Program-made: the position numbers and the translations under genes
Shown here: positions 23,348-33,126 of the stretch, one piece after another
Layout: each line of letters begins with the position of its first letter
Position numbering within the stretch: the first letter of the stretch is position 1
Assembly: GCA_009380025.1 (NCBI GenBank)
Contig: WHSP01000001.1
Coordinates: 28,860-92,859 of the forward strand
Direction of reading: 5' to 3'
DNA: 64,000 nt
Origin: Gemmatimonas sp.
Lineage (GTDB): Bacteria; Gemmatimonadota; Gemmatimonadetes; Longimicrobiales; Longimicrobiaceae
Notes under the pieces: generated by a model
Seen by the model: only the letters and a program-made list of their open reading frames with translations
Databases searched by the model: none
What the model was told of the DNA's origin: nothing

Positions 23348-23881
23348 TCACGAGGGGAGCAGCGGGCTACTGGCTTCGAGCGGCAAGATCACGACTCTGC
23401 CGTGCATCCCTCGAGAGCCGTGGGGGAGAGAGACGAACGGGTATTCACCCGGAGGGGCGTCCAGAAAGGAAACGTCGTACGCCTGGCCGGCATCGGTGAG
23501 CAGAACGCCGAAGTGCAAGTTGTGCGCGCGAATGAACCTGGCGACCTCAGGAGAAGCCCGCGTTGGGTCGAAGGCGACGCTCTCGGGTTGAGCGCCCACC
23601 ATTACGAAGCGCAGGACATCGCCGGTCCGGATGACGATCTCGGCCGGTTCGAACGCATACTGATCGCCACGCTGAACGAGGCGTACCAGATGAAAGGAAG
23701 CCCCATCGACAGGGCGTGTGATCCGTTCGAGGGTATTCGGCCTCGGTTCTTCGGGAGGGGCTTCGAAGACGGGGGCGTCGCCGCCGCATCCAACGACGGC
23801 GATGAGGAGTATGCCTGCGACCAGGCCGCGGGTGACTTCGTCAGCTCCGGGAGAGCGCCTGGACGTAGGCGACGAGCGCAT
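23348..23881 (-). CDS. cupredoxin-fold lipoprotein with a degenerate type-1 copper site
   Basis: Lipobox LIAVVGCGG. The C-terminus YPFVSLPHGSRGMHGRVVI aligns with the plastocyanin/amicyanin Y-x-F-x-C-x-P-H-x3-G-M-x-G motif, but Ser replaces the Cys ligand. The start is uncertain; ATG 23881 overlaps the cytochrome c gene end. Confidence 0.55.
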   Translation of the reverse strand: MRSSPTSRRSPGADEVTRGLVAGILLIAVVGCGGDAPVFEAPPEEPRPNTLERITRPVDGASFHLVRLVQRGDQYAFEPAEIVIRTGDVLRFVMVGAQPESVAFDPTRASPEVARFIRAHNLHFGVLLTDAGQAYDVSFLDAPPGEYPFVSLPHGSRGMHGRVVILPLEASSPLLPS

Positions 23882-24341
23882 CGAGCTCTTCCTCACCGAA
23901 CTCGCCACCGCCCATGACTGGCATCGGGGAGGGGAACTCCCGCGGATTTGCGACACCATCTCGTATCACCTGCGCGATTTCGGGGGCAGTGCCGGTGATG
24001 TCGATCCAGGTGGTGTCACGAAGGGAGGGGCCGAGAGCCGTCCCGTGACCGTCCAGCCCGTGGCACACCGAGCAGACGACGTAGCTCTTCCTGCCGAGCT
24101 CCACCTTATCGGCATCGAAGCCTTCTGGCAGCGTCTCGAGCGCGACCGGGTCGATGGTCTCGATCGAATCGGAAACCTCCTCCACCGCGTCACTCGTCTC
24201 GGAAGCATCTTGCCTACACGAGCCAGCGATCACGACCACGGCGGCCAGTAAGGCCGCCCCGCCCACCATTCGGATTCTGCTCAAATGACCCACCCATGAA
24301 GCAAGGGATCTTTGAGCAGAAAGTGCAAAGGGCGTTCCCAT
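23841..24341 (-). CDS. class I c-type cytochrome, membrane or lipid anchored
   Basis: Single haem motif CSVCHG, a distal Met region (MPVMGG) and an N-terminal hydrophobic segment ending in AGSC. Confidence 0.75.
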   Translation of the reverse strand: MGTPFALSAQRSLASWVGHLSRIRMVGGAALLAAVVVIAGSCRQDASETSDAVEEVSDSIETIDPVALETLPEGFDADKVELGRKSYVVCSVCHGLDGHGTALGPSLRDTTWIDITGTAPEIAQVIRDGVANPREFPSPMPVMGGGEFGEEELDALVAYVQALSRS

Positions 24342-24390
24342 GAGGAGGCGATCGGCTATGGGCTCGATCCGAGTGACTGATCGCCGATAC

Positions 24391-25392
24391 CTATTCCAGC
24401 AGCGCCCGCACCTCCGCCGGCGCCTCCTGGATCACCTGAGCGGCCTCTTCGTCCTGCCCCGACTCCCGCAGCGCCCTTACCAGACCAACCCACCCTTCGG
24501 AGGACTCCGGCTCCATCTCGATCGCCGTTCGAAAGCGCCCGACCGCCACGTCGGAGCGCCCGGTGTCCAGGAGCAGGAAGGCCAATTCGCGGTGAACGGC
24601 TGGATCCTCCGGTGCGAGACGCTGTGCCTCCCGGAGCGCCTCGGCGGCCAGATCTGGCCGGTCCATCCTCCGATGGATTCGGGCGAGATACAGGTGGGGC
24701 GTCGCGTCGTCGGGATTCTCTTCAGCGAACCGCCAGAAATGGTTGGCGGCCTCAGCATACTCGCCCGACTGGAACAGGGCGACGCCCTGATCGAGCTGAC
24801 TCGGTTCGCGACCGGAGACCACCCACATACCGAGAGCGATCACGACGATGGCAGCGGCCGCCAATCCCGCCAACGCCGGCACGCCTGCCTGGCGAATTCG
24901 CCGCCGTGGGCTGTCAAGTAGCTCGGGTAGTTCCGGCTCGTCCAACGGGAGGTGCGAGTGAGACTCGACGGGGATTGGTTGGGGGGTTGCGCTGATCTCG
25001 GGCGTGAGGCGATCGACCGCGCCGATCGCCCGCTCCGGATCTCCGGTGTCCATGGGCTCACCGTTCTTCAGCCGTCTACGAATTTCGAGAAGCTCGTGGA
25101 TCGCCGCCGCCGTCGACATCGAGAGCCGTTCGGTCCGGCGAAGCTCCGCCAGTACGTCCGCGCTCTCCATCTCGTCCGGCGCCAATGCCTTCAGGCGCAC
25201 CGAAAGCTCCGCACGCTCGTCATCGCGCAGCAGCCGCCGGAGCGCGCGGTCGACCGAGTTCGCGACTCGCAAGATGAGCCCGCGTGCCTCGGAGGGCTCA
25301 GGGCCTCCGGCACGCAACGCCGCAACCTCGGCCGTGGACGACTGCAGTTGTCGTAGGGCCGATTCAGTCCCGTTGGACCGGGAGTCCGACAT
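24391..25392 (-). CDS. membrane-anchored tetratricopeptide-repeat protein
   Basis: Central TM helix (ALAGLAAAAIVVIALGMWVV) followed by TPR-like helices (GEYAEAANHFWRF..., LARIHRRMDRPDLAAEAL...). Confidence 0.65.
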   Translation of the reverse strand: MSDSRSNGTESALRQLQSSTAEVAALRAGGPEPSEARGLILRVANSVDRALRRLLRDDERAELSVRLKALAPDEMESADVLAELRRTERLSMSTAAAIHELLEIRRRLKNGEPMDTGDPERAIGAVDRLTPEISATPQPIPVESHSHLPLDEPELPELLDSPRRRIRQAGVPALAGLAAAAIVVIALGMWVVSGREPSQLDQGVALFQSGEYAEAANHFWRFAEENPDDATPHLYLARIHRRMDRPDLAAEALREAQRLAPEDPAVHRELAFLLLDTGRSDVAVGRFRTAIEMEPESSEGWVGLVRALRESGQDEEAAQVIQEAPAEVRALLE

Positions 25393-25407
25393 AATGGGTG
25401 AGCGGGA

Positions 25408-26535
25408 TCAGTCTTCGATGCTGAGGAGGCCCATCCGCGCGCTCTCGCGGATGAAGGACTCGGCATCGTCGCAAGGTAGGTCGCGTCCGGTCAACTGTCG
25501 AACCCGCTGCGCCGCGCGGTGCATGAAGCTCGACACCGGCTCGCTCGGGTCAGACAGCGCGTCACGCATCCGGATGACTATCTCCTCCCAGGTACCGATG
25601 AATATGTTGCCGTCCGCCGTGCGGACGCGGTGGGATTCAGCCGTGAGCGGCATCTCGGCTCCCGCCGAGAGTACTGGAAGGGGGTGCGTGGGAGGGAGAA
25701 CTGCCGGAGCCGCAGGCAGCGGATACTCCCCGCCAGCCTCTTCGAACGCCGTTTCGACTTCGGCCAGAATATGATCGATCGCGTCGGGCTCGCCTTTCAA
25801 CTCCTCCCATCGGTCGCGCCATGGCGCCAAGACGGGATCGCGTTCCGAACACCCATCGAGAGAGCACTTCAATTCGATGTACCGCCACACGGAGAGTGCG
25901 TCCCAATGCTCCGTCGGTGGTACCTGTTCGAGGTCACGGAGCGCCGATTCCAGGTCACCTCGCTCGAAGTGCAGGTGTGACAGGTAGATGCGGACTTCGT
26001 GGAGGTCGTTGTCGAAACGGAGCGCTGAGCGCAGCTCCCGTCGGGCGCCTAGATCATCGCCGAGCGCGTGGAGCGTGTACCCGAGTGCCGCTCTCACTTC
26101 GGCCACTTCGGGATGCGCCGCGGAGAGGGAAACCAACCCCTGCCGAGACTCCCGGAAGAGCGCCTCCCGATAGAGCGCACGACCGATCGCCAGCCCCAGC
26201 TCGAGGTCGTCTGTGAGGCCGAGATCATCGATCTTCCGGAAGCAGCAGAGGGCCTCCTCGACCCGGCCGAACTTCAGCAACACCTCGCCCCGCCCGACCC
26301 AGCCGTCCTCGTGATCGGGATCCAACGTGAGCGCTTGCTCGAACGCCTTCAGCCCCCATGCATATTCCTCCCGTGCCAGCCGGACGTACCCGATCCCGAC
26401 GTGGAGATCGACCGCGTCCGGATATCGCTGGAGTCCATCCTGCAACAGCTCCAGCGCTCGTTCATACTCCCCCGCGTCGTACAGCTGATGCGCCTGCTCG
26501 TCGTATTCTTCGGAGCTGAGGAAGGAGAAGCTCAT
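25408..26535 (-). CDS. tetratricopeptide-repeat protein
   Basis: Begins MSFSFLSSEEYDEQAHQLYDAGEYERALELL and has several 34-residue TPR-like units. ATG 26535 chosen over the 26718 ORF start. Confidence 0.7.
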   Translation of the reverse strand: MSFSFLSSEEYDEQAHQLYDAGEYERALELLQDGLQRYPDAVDLHVGIGYVRLAREEYAWGLKAFEQALTLDPDHEDGWVGRGEVLLKFGRVEEALCCFRKIDDLGLTDDLELGLAIGRALYREALFRESRQGLVSLSAAHPEVAEVRAALGYTLHALGDDLGARRELRSALRFDNDLHEVRIYLSHLHFERGDLESALRDLEQVPPTEHWDALSVWRYIELKCSLDGCSERDPVLAPWRDRWEELKGEPDAIDHILAEVETAFEEAGGEYPLPAAPAVLPPTHPLPVLSAGAEMPLTAESHRVRTADGNIFIGTWEEIVIRMRDALSDPSEPVSSFMHRAAQRVRQLTGRDLPCDDAESFIRESARMGLLSIED

Positions 26536-26758
26536 TGAGGCCGCGTGACGTGTGAAAGGTGAGATGTGAAGGAGAACCTGGCCAATGACGAGAGCCAGAG
26601 GAACACAAAGGTAGAGGCGGTGAACTCGCTCCACCCCTCGCAGCGTTTCTGGAGTATAATCGCGAGCGTAGCCTCTAACCACCCCTGCGGAGAGAGCCGC
26701 CTTGCATTGGGAGGGCACCCCAAGCCATCTTCCCGCGAACCCATTTCAAGGGAGAGGG

Positions 26759-27088
26759 ATGTTCAACTGGATCCGGCGACGCCGTCTCAGCCCGCTGGCT
26801 CGAAAACGGCTCCTGCTCGTCGCCGCCCGCGCCGAGGAGGCACTCATCGAGACTCATGTCGCCAACGTTCTCGATCTTCTCAAGACGCTCGGAGACGAGG
26901 TCAGCTTCGACCGCGGACTGGAGATCTATTCCGAAATGATGGGACTCGAAGAAGCGCGCGCGACGTCGGTAGCGAACCGCGTCCTCGCAGGCCTCGAACA
27001 GCCGGCGGAAGCCCCGACCCCTCCCCGAGCGGCGGGCGAGCGGCGCCAGCGCTTCCGGCATGTGTTCAGAGAGAACAGTCGTCGCTGA
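26759..27088 (+). CDS. small hypothetical protein (109 aa)
   Basis: GGGAGAGGG precedes ATG 26759, and G/C-rich third codon positions are consistent with coding. No family recognised. Tail-to-tail with the CNNM gene. Confidence 0.4.
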   Translation: MFNWIRRRRLSPLARKRLLLVAARAEEALIETHVANVLDLLKTLGDEVSFDRGLEIYSEMMGLEEARATSVANRVLAGLEQPAEAPTPPRAAGERRQRFRHVFRENSRR

Positions 27089-27090
27089 AC

Positions 27091-28410
27091 TCATGAATCG
27101 GGAGCCACGGGGCTGCCCGAGCGTCGCAGCCGTACTCGGGTCACGCGCCGATCCTCCGCCTCCTCGACCTCCAGGTAGTCTGCCCCATCCGCCCCCAGGC
27201 CGGCGATCCGGTCCCCCGCCATTGGGACCCTGCCGAGGGCACCGAAGATGAATCCCCCGATCGTATCGAAATCCTCCTCCGGGATCTCCAGTGCGTACCG
27301 CTCGTTGACCTCGGAGATGGAAGCGCCGCCGTCGATGAGAATATCGCCCTCCGGGGTCGCCGCGAACTCGGGTTCCTCGATGTCGTACTCGTCCTGAATC
27401 TCGCCGACGATCTCCTCCAGGAGGTCTTCCATCGTGACCAGGCCGTACGTCCCGCCGAATTCGTCGATCACGATTGCCAGGTGAACACTCGATTGCCGGA
27501 ACTCGGCGAGGATGTCGTCGACGGGCTTGGTATCGGGAACGAAGTAGGGCTCCCGCATGATGCGCGTGATGTCGAACGATGCGGGGCTGACCCACTGCGG
27601 ATTCGCCAGCAGCGGGAGTAAATCCTTCGCGAGCAGAACGCCGATGATGTTGTCGATCGTCCCTTCGTAGACCGGGACACGCGAGTGGCCCTGGCTTACC
27701 ACTGCGTGAATCAAATCGTGGAGCGTGATCTCGCGCGGGACGGCGACGATGTCGATGCGCGGCGTCATGACCTCACGTGCGACGGTGTCCGAGAAGGCGA
27801 ACACACCATGGATCATCTCTCGTTCGTCCTCCTCGACGACCCCTTGCTCGTGACCGCGGGTGACGAGGGCGCGGATGTCTTCGAGGGTGTGCACCGGGGC
27901 GTAGAAAGCGCCGCGCGAGACCCTCAGCAGCCGAGCCATGCTCTCGAGAGTATACGAGAGGAGGGTGATGACCGGCTTGAGCACGAAAGAGAGCCCCCGA
28001 AGGGGTAGGAGCACGACTCGATTTGTGACAAAGCCGGCGCGTTGGGCACCGAGCAGCCTGGGGATCTGCTGACCCAGGACGAGGTAGATGGGGACCGCTA
28101 CGGCCACGGCGAGGCCGGTTGCCACCGTCGGCTGTAGCCCCTGCAGGCTTCGCACGGCCAGGATCGCCGCTTGATAACCGAAGCCGAGGAAGCAGGCGAG
28201 GCTACCGAGCTGCGCCATCAGGGAGATCGCCTCGGAACGTTCGGCCACCTGGAAGCCAGGCGAGCCGCGGCCCGATTCGTCGCGCGCGAGTTGCTCGACG
28301 CGGCGCCGGCGCAGCGTCAGGACGGCAAACTCAGCGGCGACGAAAAAAGCGCTCGCCCCGAGGAGGAGTAGGAGTAGGAGTACCGAGTTGACTAGGTCGG
28401 CCGGGTCCAT
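27091..28410 (-). CDS. CNNM/HlyC-CorC family transporter (DUF21, CBS pair, CorC_HlyC)
   Basis: N-terminus MDPADLVNSVLLLLLLLGASAFFVAAEFA is a DUF21 start. A CBS-pair region follows (VREVMTPR...), then a C-terminal CorC/HlyC domain (LEEIVGEIQDEYD). Confidence 0.85.
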   Translation of the reverse strand: MDPADLVNSVLLLLLLLGASAFFVAAEFAVLTLRRRRVEQLARDESGRGSPGFQVAERSEAISLMAQLGSLACFLGFGYQAAILAVRSLQGLQPTVATGLAVAVAVPIYLVLGQQIPRLLGAQRAGFVTNRVVLLPLRGLSFVLKPVITLLSYTLESMARLLRVSRGAFYAPVHTLEDIRALVTRGHEQGVVEEDEREMIHGVFAFSDTVAREVMTPRIDIVAVPREITLHDLIHAVVSQGHSRVPVYEGTIDNIIGVLLAKDLLPLLANPQWVSPASFDITRIMREPYFVPDTKPVDDILAEFRQSSVHLAIVIDEFGGTYGLVTMEDLLEEIVGEIQDEYDIEEPEFAATPEGDILIDGGASISEVNERYALEIPEEDFDTIGGFIFGALGRVPMAGDRIAGLGADGADYLEVEEAEDRRVTRVRLRRSGSPVAPDS

Positions 28411-28628
28411 TCGGATTGGAAACAGCAGAAAGGTGCCGGCGCAGATGCCGACGCTTCGGACGTTAATCGACGTTGCGCCGGCGCGCCACCCGTTTCGCCG
28501 AGTGCGAACAGGGCGCACCGCTTGCACGTCTCGTACACCGGAAAGGAAGAGAGATTCCCCGATCGGTCCAGTCTCCCGCGGCGGAAACGCTTCGGGAGTC
28601 GAAGAGACGCGACCGGCAGGAGGGACTG

Positions 28629-29474
28629 ATGACCCGTAGCGAGAGAGGGCCGGCGGGAGCGGGCGCAGCATCGATCGACGTTGGCGGTCGTCCCCGACGG
28701 TTCCCACGAAGCCCGCCCGGCCGGCGTATCGTAACGAAGCTGGGCCGGCACGAAATCCATGCGTTGGAGTACGGCACGGGCAGCGATGTGTTGATCCTGT
28801 TACACGGGCTTTCGGGCTCCTCGCGATGGTGGCGCCGGAACATTCCGGAGCTGGCGTGCTCCGCCCGGGTCCTGGTGCCCGACCTCATCGGATTCGGCCG
28901 TTCCAGGGCCAACGGCCGCCTTCCGGCCATCCCCGAGATCGCCCTCCTCCTCCTGGACTGGTTCGATTCGCTCGAGCTGGCAAGCGCTTGCCTCGTCGGC
29001 CATTCGATGGGCGGCCAGATCGCCGTCCATTTCGCAGCCGACTCGCCACACCGGCTGGAGAGGCTCGTTCTCGTCGATTCGGCCGGCATCCCGCGAAAGC
29101 TGTCGCCCGGCGCTCTGCTGCGCTTCGCGGCCGAGGTCGGTCCCCTCTGGCGATGGGGGGATCCCTCCTTCCTTCCGGTCATCGCGAGCGATGCATTCAC
29201 CGCGGGCCCGCGGGTGTTGGCGCGGGCCATCCGGCACATCCTCCAGGACGATGTGAGGCCCCTCCTACCGAAGCTCGACGTGCCGACGCTCATCGTCTGG
29301 GGCGAGCGAGACATGCTGGTTCCGCTCGGTGATGCATGGGAGTTCCGAAGCCTCGTTCCGGACTCGAGGCTCACCGTCCTCCGCGGCGCAGCGCACAACC
29401 CGATGGTCGATCGACCTGCCGCCTTCAATCGCATTCTGCGGCGTTTCCTCGACGACGAGGAGATTGGCCGCTGA
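28629..29474 (+). CDS. alpha/beta hydrolase
   Basis: HGLSGSSRWW oxyanion region and nucleophile elbow GHSMGG. GGAGGG Shine-Dalgarno before ATG 28629. Confidence 0.8.
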   Translation: MTRSERGPAGAGAASIDVGGRPRRFPRSPPGRRIVTKLGRHEIHALEYGTGSDVLILLHGLSGSSRWWRRNIPELACSARVLVPDLIGFGRSRANGRLPAIPEIALLLLDWFDSLELASACLVGHSMGGQIAVHFAADSPHRLERLVLVDSAGIPRKLSPGALLRFAAEVGPLWRWGDPSFLPVIASDAFTAGPRVLARAIRHILQDDVRPLLPKLDVPTLIVWGERDMLVPLGDAWEFRSLVPDSRLTVLRGAAHNPMVDRPAAFNRILRRFLDDEEIGR

Positions 29475-29520
29475 CGAACGCTCCCCTGCCGGGGGACTGG
29501 GGCAGGCAGCTGCCGACTGG

Positions 29521-30285
29521 GTGTCTTCACGGTGGATTCCTGTCGGGGGCCGCCGGGTTCGCTATCGAGAGGCCGGAAGCGGCGACCCGATCGTTCTGGT
29601 TCACGGCCTCGGCGTTTCGGCCGACTACTGGATGCGTAACGGCCCGCCCATCGCCGCCACAGGATTTCGCGTCCTCGCCCCCGACCTTCCCGGGTTCGGT
29701 CGGACCGCAGGCCCGGAAGGGGGATTGGCCGTGGGCGAGCAAGCCCGCTCGGTTCGGGAATGGGCGGCGGCGATGGAGCTCCCTCCGGCCGTCTATGTCG
29801 GGCACTCGCTGTCCTGCCAGAGCCTGCTCGAGCTGGCGGTGGCGAACCCGGACTGCGTTCGGGCGCTGGTGCTCGCCGCACCGACCGGCGAAGGTCAGTC
29901 GCTGCCGCGCCTCGCACGGCAGCTGGGCGGGTTCCTCCGCGACCTCCATCGTGAATCGGCGGCCCTGGCGATCCTGGTCCTCCACGCCTACCTTCGCGCC
30001 GGGCTGGCTCGCGTGCTGCGAACGTGGCGGCTCGGAGCCGCTCATGACCCGATGCCGCTTCTCCCTGGCGTGCGTGTGCCAGCTCTCGTCGTCGTGGGCA
30101 AGAACGACCCCCTCGTCCATGTCGAGTTCGCGACACGGATGGTCGACGCGTTGACCGATGGCCGTCTGACGGTCATCCCTGACGGAACTCATGCGGTCAT
30201 CCTGGATCCGACCGGGAGGTTCAACGCCGCCGTGATCGATTTTGTGCGGAGTCTGCCGCCGTTCTCCATCAGACCATCGACGTGA
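29521..30285 (+). CDS. alpha/beta hydrolase (second, tandem)
   Basis: LVHGLGVSADYW and nucleophile elbow GHSLSC. The start is ambiguous (GTG 29521 or TTG 29464). The stop overlaps the hldD start as GTGA. Confidence 0.7.
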   Translation: MSSRWIPVGGRRVRYREAGSGDPIVLVHGLGVSADYWMRNGPPIAATGFRVLAPDLPGFGRTAGPEGGLAVGEQARSVREWAAAMELPPAVYVGHSLSCQSLLELAVANPDCVRALVLAAPTGEGQSLPRLARQLGGFLRDLHRESAALAILVLHAYLRAGLARVLRTWRLGAAHDPMPLLPGVRVPALVVVGKNDPLVHVEFATRMVDALTDGRLTVIPDGTHAVILDPTGRFNAAVIDFVRSLPPFSIRPST

Positions 30286-31298
30286 CGTCATCTCGACCAC
30301 CCGCCCTGGACGACGCTCGGATCCTCGTGACGGGGGGTGCCGGCTTCATCGGAAGCGCGCTCGTTCACGCTCTGAACGGCCGTGGTGCGGAACGTATCGT
30401 CATCGCGGATCAGCTGGGCACCGGGGATAAGTGGCGGAACCTCTCGCCACTTCGGTTCGAGGACTACCTCGAAAAGGACGACCTTCTGCCCGCTCTGGAG
30501 CGCGGTGCGCTCGGCGGCTTCGATCTCGTTCTCCACCTGGGAGCGTGCTCTTCGACGACCGAATCCGACGCAAGCTTCCTCATCCGGAACAACTACGAGT
30601 TCTCGAAGGAATTGGCGGCGTGGGCGGTCGAACGGGGGGCGCGATTTGTCTACGCTTCGTCCGCCGCGACATACGGCTCGGGCGCGCACGGGATGAGCGA
30701 TCGCGACGTTTCTGTGGTCACGCTCTCGCGGCTCCGTCCCCTGAACATGTATGGCTATTCGAAGCAGCTCTTCGACCTCTGGGCCGCGCAGGAGGGGCTC
30801 CTGAGCCGGGTCACCTGCCTAAAGTATTTCAACGTCTTCGGGCCGAACGAGGCGCACAAAGGCGACATGCGCAGCCTGATCGCCAAGGCCGTCCCGCAGG
30901 TGCTCGAAACGGGCACGCTCCGGCTCTTCCGCAGCCACCGACCGGACGTCGAACACGGCGAGCAGCGACGGGACTTCCTCTACGTCGAGGATGCGGTGGC
31001 CATGACCCTACACCTCGCGGAACAGCAAGACGCTGTCGGGATCTACAATATCGGCTCGGGGCGTGCATCCACGTGGAACGAGCTGGCCGCAGCGCTCTTC
31101 GCCGCATTGAATCGGGAACCCGCGATCGAATACATCGACATGCCCGAGTCGATCCGGGAGAAGTACCAGTACCATACCGAGGCGGAGATCGACCGGCTGC
31201 GAGAGTCGGGTTACGTGGAGCCTGCTCGCCCGTTGGCCAACGCGGTGACCGAGTACGTGCGTGACTACCTTCTTCCCGACCGCCGCCTGGGTGATTGA
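30282..31298 (+). CDS. hldD: ADP-L-glycero-D-manno-heptose 6-epimerase
   Basis: ILVTGGAGFIGS Rossmann motif, NMYGYSKQLFD catalytic YxxxK block, and an overall HldD/RfaD-like layout. Confidence 0.85.
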   Translation: MTSSRPPALDDARILVTGGAGFIGSALVHALNGRGAERIVIADQLGTGDKWRNLSPLRFEDYLEKDDLLPALERGALGGFDLVLHLGACSSTTESDASFLIRNNYEFSKELAAWAVERGARFVYASSAATYGSGAHGMSDRDVSVVTLSRLRPLNMYGYSKQLFDLWAAQEGLLSRVTCLKYFNVFGPNEAHKGDMRSLIAKAVPQVLETGTLRLFRSHRPDVEHGEQRRDFLYVEDAVAMTLHLAEQQDAVGIYNIGSGRASTWNELAAALFAALNREPAIEYIDMPESIREKYQYHTEAEIDRLRESGYVEPARPLANAVTEYVRDYLLPDRRLGD

Positions 31299-31320
31299 CG
31301 CGACTAGCCCGACAATCGAA

Positions 31321-31357
31321 GAGGAGCCCCGCGCCGACATCGATCGCGGGGCTCCTC
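31321..31357. terminator. bidirectional stem-loop between convergent hldD and the DUF3108 gene
   Basis: Perfect 13-bp stem GAGGAGCCCCGCG / CGCGGGGCTCCTC with an 11-nt loop. Confidence 0.6.
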
Positions 31358-31399
31358 CATTCTCTCAAAGGCCGTTGTCAAGTCGCGCAGATCTGCGTT

Positions 31400-32218
31400 T
31401 CACTGCCGAGCGGCCACCTCCTCCCCGCCCGGCTGGTATTCCTTCAAGCTGAGGCTGATCGACCCCACGACGGGAACTTTGCTGCGCATGTGCACCAGGA
31501 TCCGGCGGTCATCGTCGGTGAAGTAGACCTCCGCTTCCCCGCCCTCCCCGAACAGTCCGTCAGTCTTGATGATCGGCTGGATCACTACGGTGTTGAACGT
31601 CCCGGCCGGAACCGTCACCGTCTCCCGGCGCAAGACGTTCAGGACGACCGGGTTGCCATCTTCCTTGAAGTACCGGTCGATGGTGTAGCTGTCGCCCGGC
31701 TCGAGCGGCAGTGTCCGCGCGTAATAGAGGAAGGACACGTCATCGAGCGGCTCGTTCGTCGGAAGGTTGCCGATTTCACCCGACATCCTCTGTCGGAAAC
31801 TGCGGCTTTCCGGGTAGAAGTCGAAAATCCGGTGTCTCTTGAAACGGAGTTCGTGCTGGTCCTGCTCGAACCGTCGGGAGAAGAGGCCGTCGACGTCGAC
31901 CCAGCTATCCATTCGCGTATCCACCCGAGCAAGCGGGATTCCGCCTTTCACGTGGAGACGGGTGTGGAAGGTAGCCTCTCCGTCGATATCCTCCATCCCG
32001 AGGATTTCCATCGTGCCGCTACCAACGGAGATGGCACCCAGCTTCACTCGGTACTCCGCCTTCTCCCCCGCCGCGAACGGGATCGGGTCGAGCGAAGGTC
32101 CCGGATCGGGATCCGCCGATTGCGGACCCGTTGCCGACGCACCAACACCCAGCCCGAGGACCGCCAGGGCAAATCCCGCAGCGCCGATCGCTCGCTGGCC
32201 TGTCCATAAGCTGATCAT
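31400..32218 (-). CDS. DUF3108 domain-containing protein (secreted)
   Basis: Signal peptide, then GEKAEYRVKLGAISVGSGTMEI...FHTRLHVKGG..., the pattern I associate with DUF3108. Confidence 0.65.
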   Translation of the reverse strand: MISLWTGQRAIGAAGFALAVLGLGVGASATGPQSADPDPGPSLDPIPFAAGEKAEYRVKLGAISVGSGTMEILGMEDIDGEATFHTRLHVKGGIPLARVDTRMDSWVDVDGLFSRRFEQDQHELRFKRHRIFDFYPESRSFRQRMSGEIGNLPTNEPLDDVSFLYYARTLPLEPGDSYTIDRYFKEDGNPVVLNVLRRETVTVPAGTFNTVVIQPIIKTDGLFGEGGEAEVYFTDDDRRILVHMRSKVPVVGSISLSLKEYQPGGEEVAARQ

Positions 32219-32224
32219 CTCTGC

Positions 32225-32989
32225 TCACCCCGTCGTTTCTGGTTGCGGAGGCAATGACGATGCCCTGCGGATCCTCCGCGTTACATTCCAAACGTCCAAG
32301 AGCGTGCTCCACGGACGAAACCGAGAAGCCCGCTGACGCATATCGTACCGTCTCTCGACTTCGAAGGCCTCCGTTCTCCTCGAATGCGGCATGGCCGCGA
32401 CGAGGAGCTCCACGTTAGCCGCCCAGCCTTCCGCCGTCAGGAGGGGCGAACCGTTCCGATCTGCCAGCGTTCGCCGAAGCACGGAAAGCCGATACGCTCG
32501 GAATCCCGACACGGGATCGCGTATCCCCTCCGGGAAGGTGGTACCCCGAAGCATCCACGGAATTCCCCTGCGCGCGAGCCGGAGCGACCGCGGAACATCG
32601 CGACCCTCGCTGACGATCGTCGCTTCGACGATGTCGGCGCCCCCTTCGATCCGCTTGACGAGGCCCGGAATGTCCTCGGGGGCCTCGGTGAAATCCGCCT
32701 GGAGCGTCACAGCGACATCCCTGCGCGGATGAGTCGATCGGCTGACGGTTTCGCGAAGAAGGCGCTCTACAGCTGCCGCGTAACCGCCGCGTCGTTCCTG
32801 GCGCATAACGGTGAGCGGAAGGACGCGCGCGTAGGGGGCGAGCACGTCGAGCGTCCTATCCGACGATGCGTCGTCCAGGACGAGGATCTCGTAGTCGCGG
32901 GGGAATTCATCCATTACCCGTCGGATCTTCCACAACAGAACCCCGACGGTGGCGGCCTCGTTGTAGGCCGGTATACAGAAGTAGATCAC
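32225..32989 (-). CDS. family 2 glycosyltransferase
   Basis: Starts IYFCIPAYNEAATVG and contains ILVLDDASSDRT (DxD region). GTG start at 32989. Confidence 0.8.
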   Translation of the reverse strand: MIYFCIPAYNEAATVGVLLWKIRRVMDEFPRDYEILVLDDASSDRTLDVLAPYARVLPLTVMRQERRGGYAAAVERLLRETVSRSTHPRRDVAVTLQADFTEAPEDIPGLVKRIEGGADIVEATIVSEGRDVPRSLRLARRGIPWMLRGTTFPEGIRDPVSGFRAYRLSVLRRTLADRNGSPLLTAEGWAANVELLVAAMPHSRRTEAFEVERRYDMRQRASRFRPWSTLLDVWNVTRRIRRASSLPPQPETTG

Positions 32990-32994
32990 AAGGG

Positions 32995-33015
32995 GCTATC
33001 GGCTATCCGCTATCG
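32995..33015. repeat. period-7 array, family CGATAGC (three units), abutting the GT2 start codon
   Basis: GCTATCG GCTATCC GCTATCG on the plus strand, ending 5 nt from the GTG start at 32989. Confidence 0.7.
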
Positions 33016-33126
33016 ACGATCAGCGTATAAGATGTCGGGATTCGTAGCTGGCACTCCGCGTTTCGAACTACAAGATAGTAGCCGCGATCTCGAACGCATG
33101 GTCCAGGAGGGATAAAAATGGTCGGT

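Noticed and set aside
26655-26660. Perfect TATAAT hexamer about 100 nt upstream of the small ORF at 26759
   Set aside because: There is no acceptable -35 element at 16-19 nt spacing (CACCCC) and no extended -10 TG. It is too weak to call a promoter from sequence alone.
28463-30136. 557-aa minus-strand ORF antisense to the two alpha/beta hydrolase genes
   Set aside because: Extreme Arg/Pro/Ser bias and no recognisable motif. The plus-strand genes carry clear hydrolase motifs (GHSMGG, GHSLSC) and a good SD.
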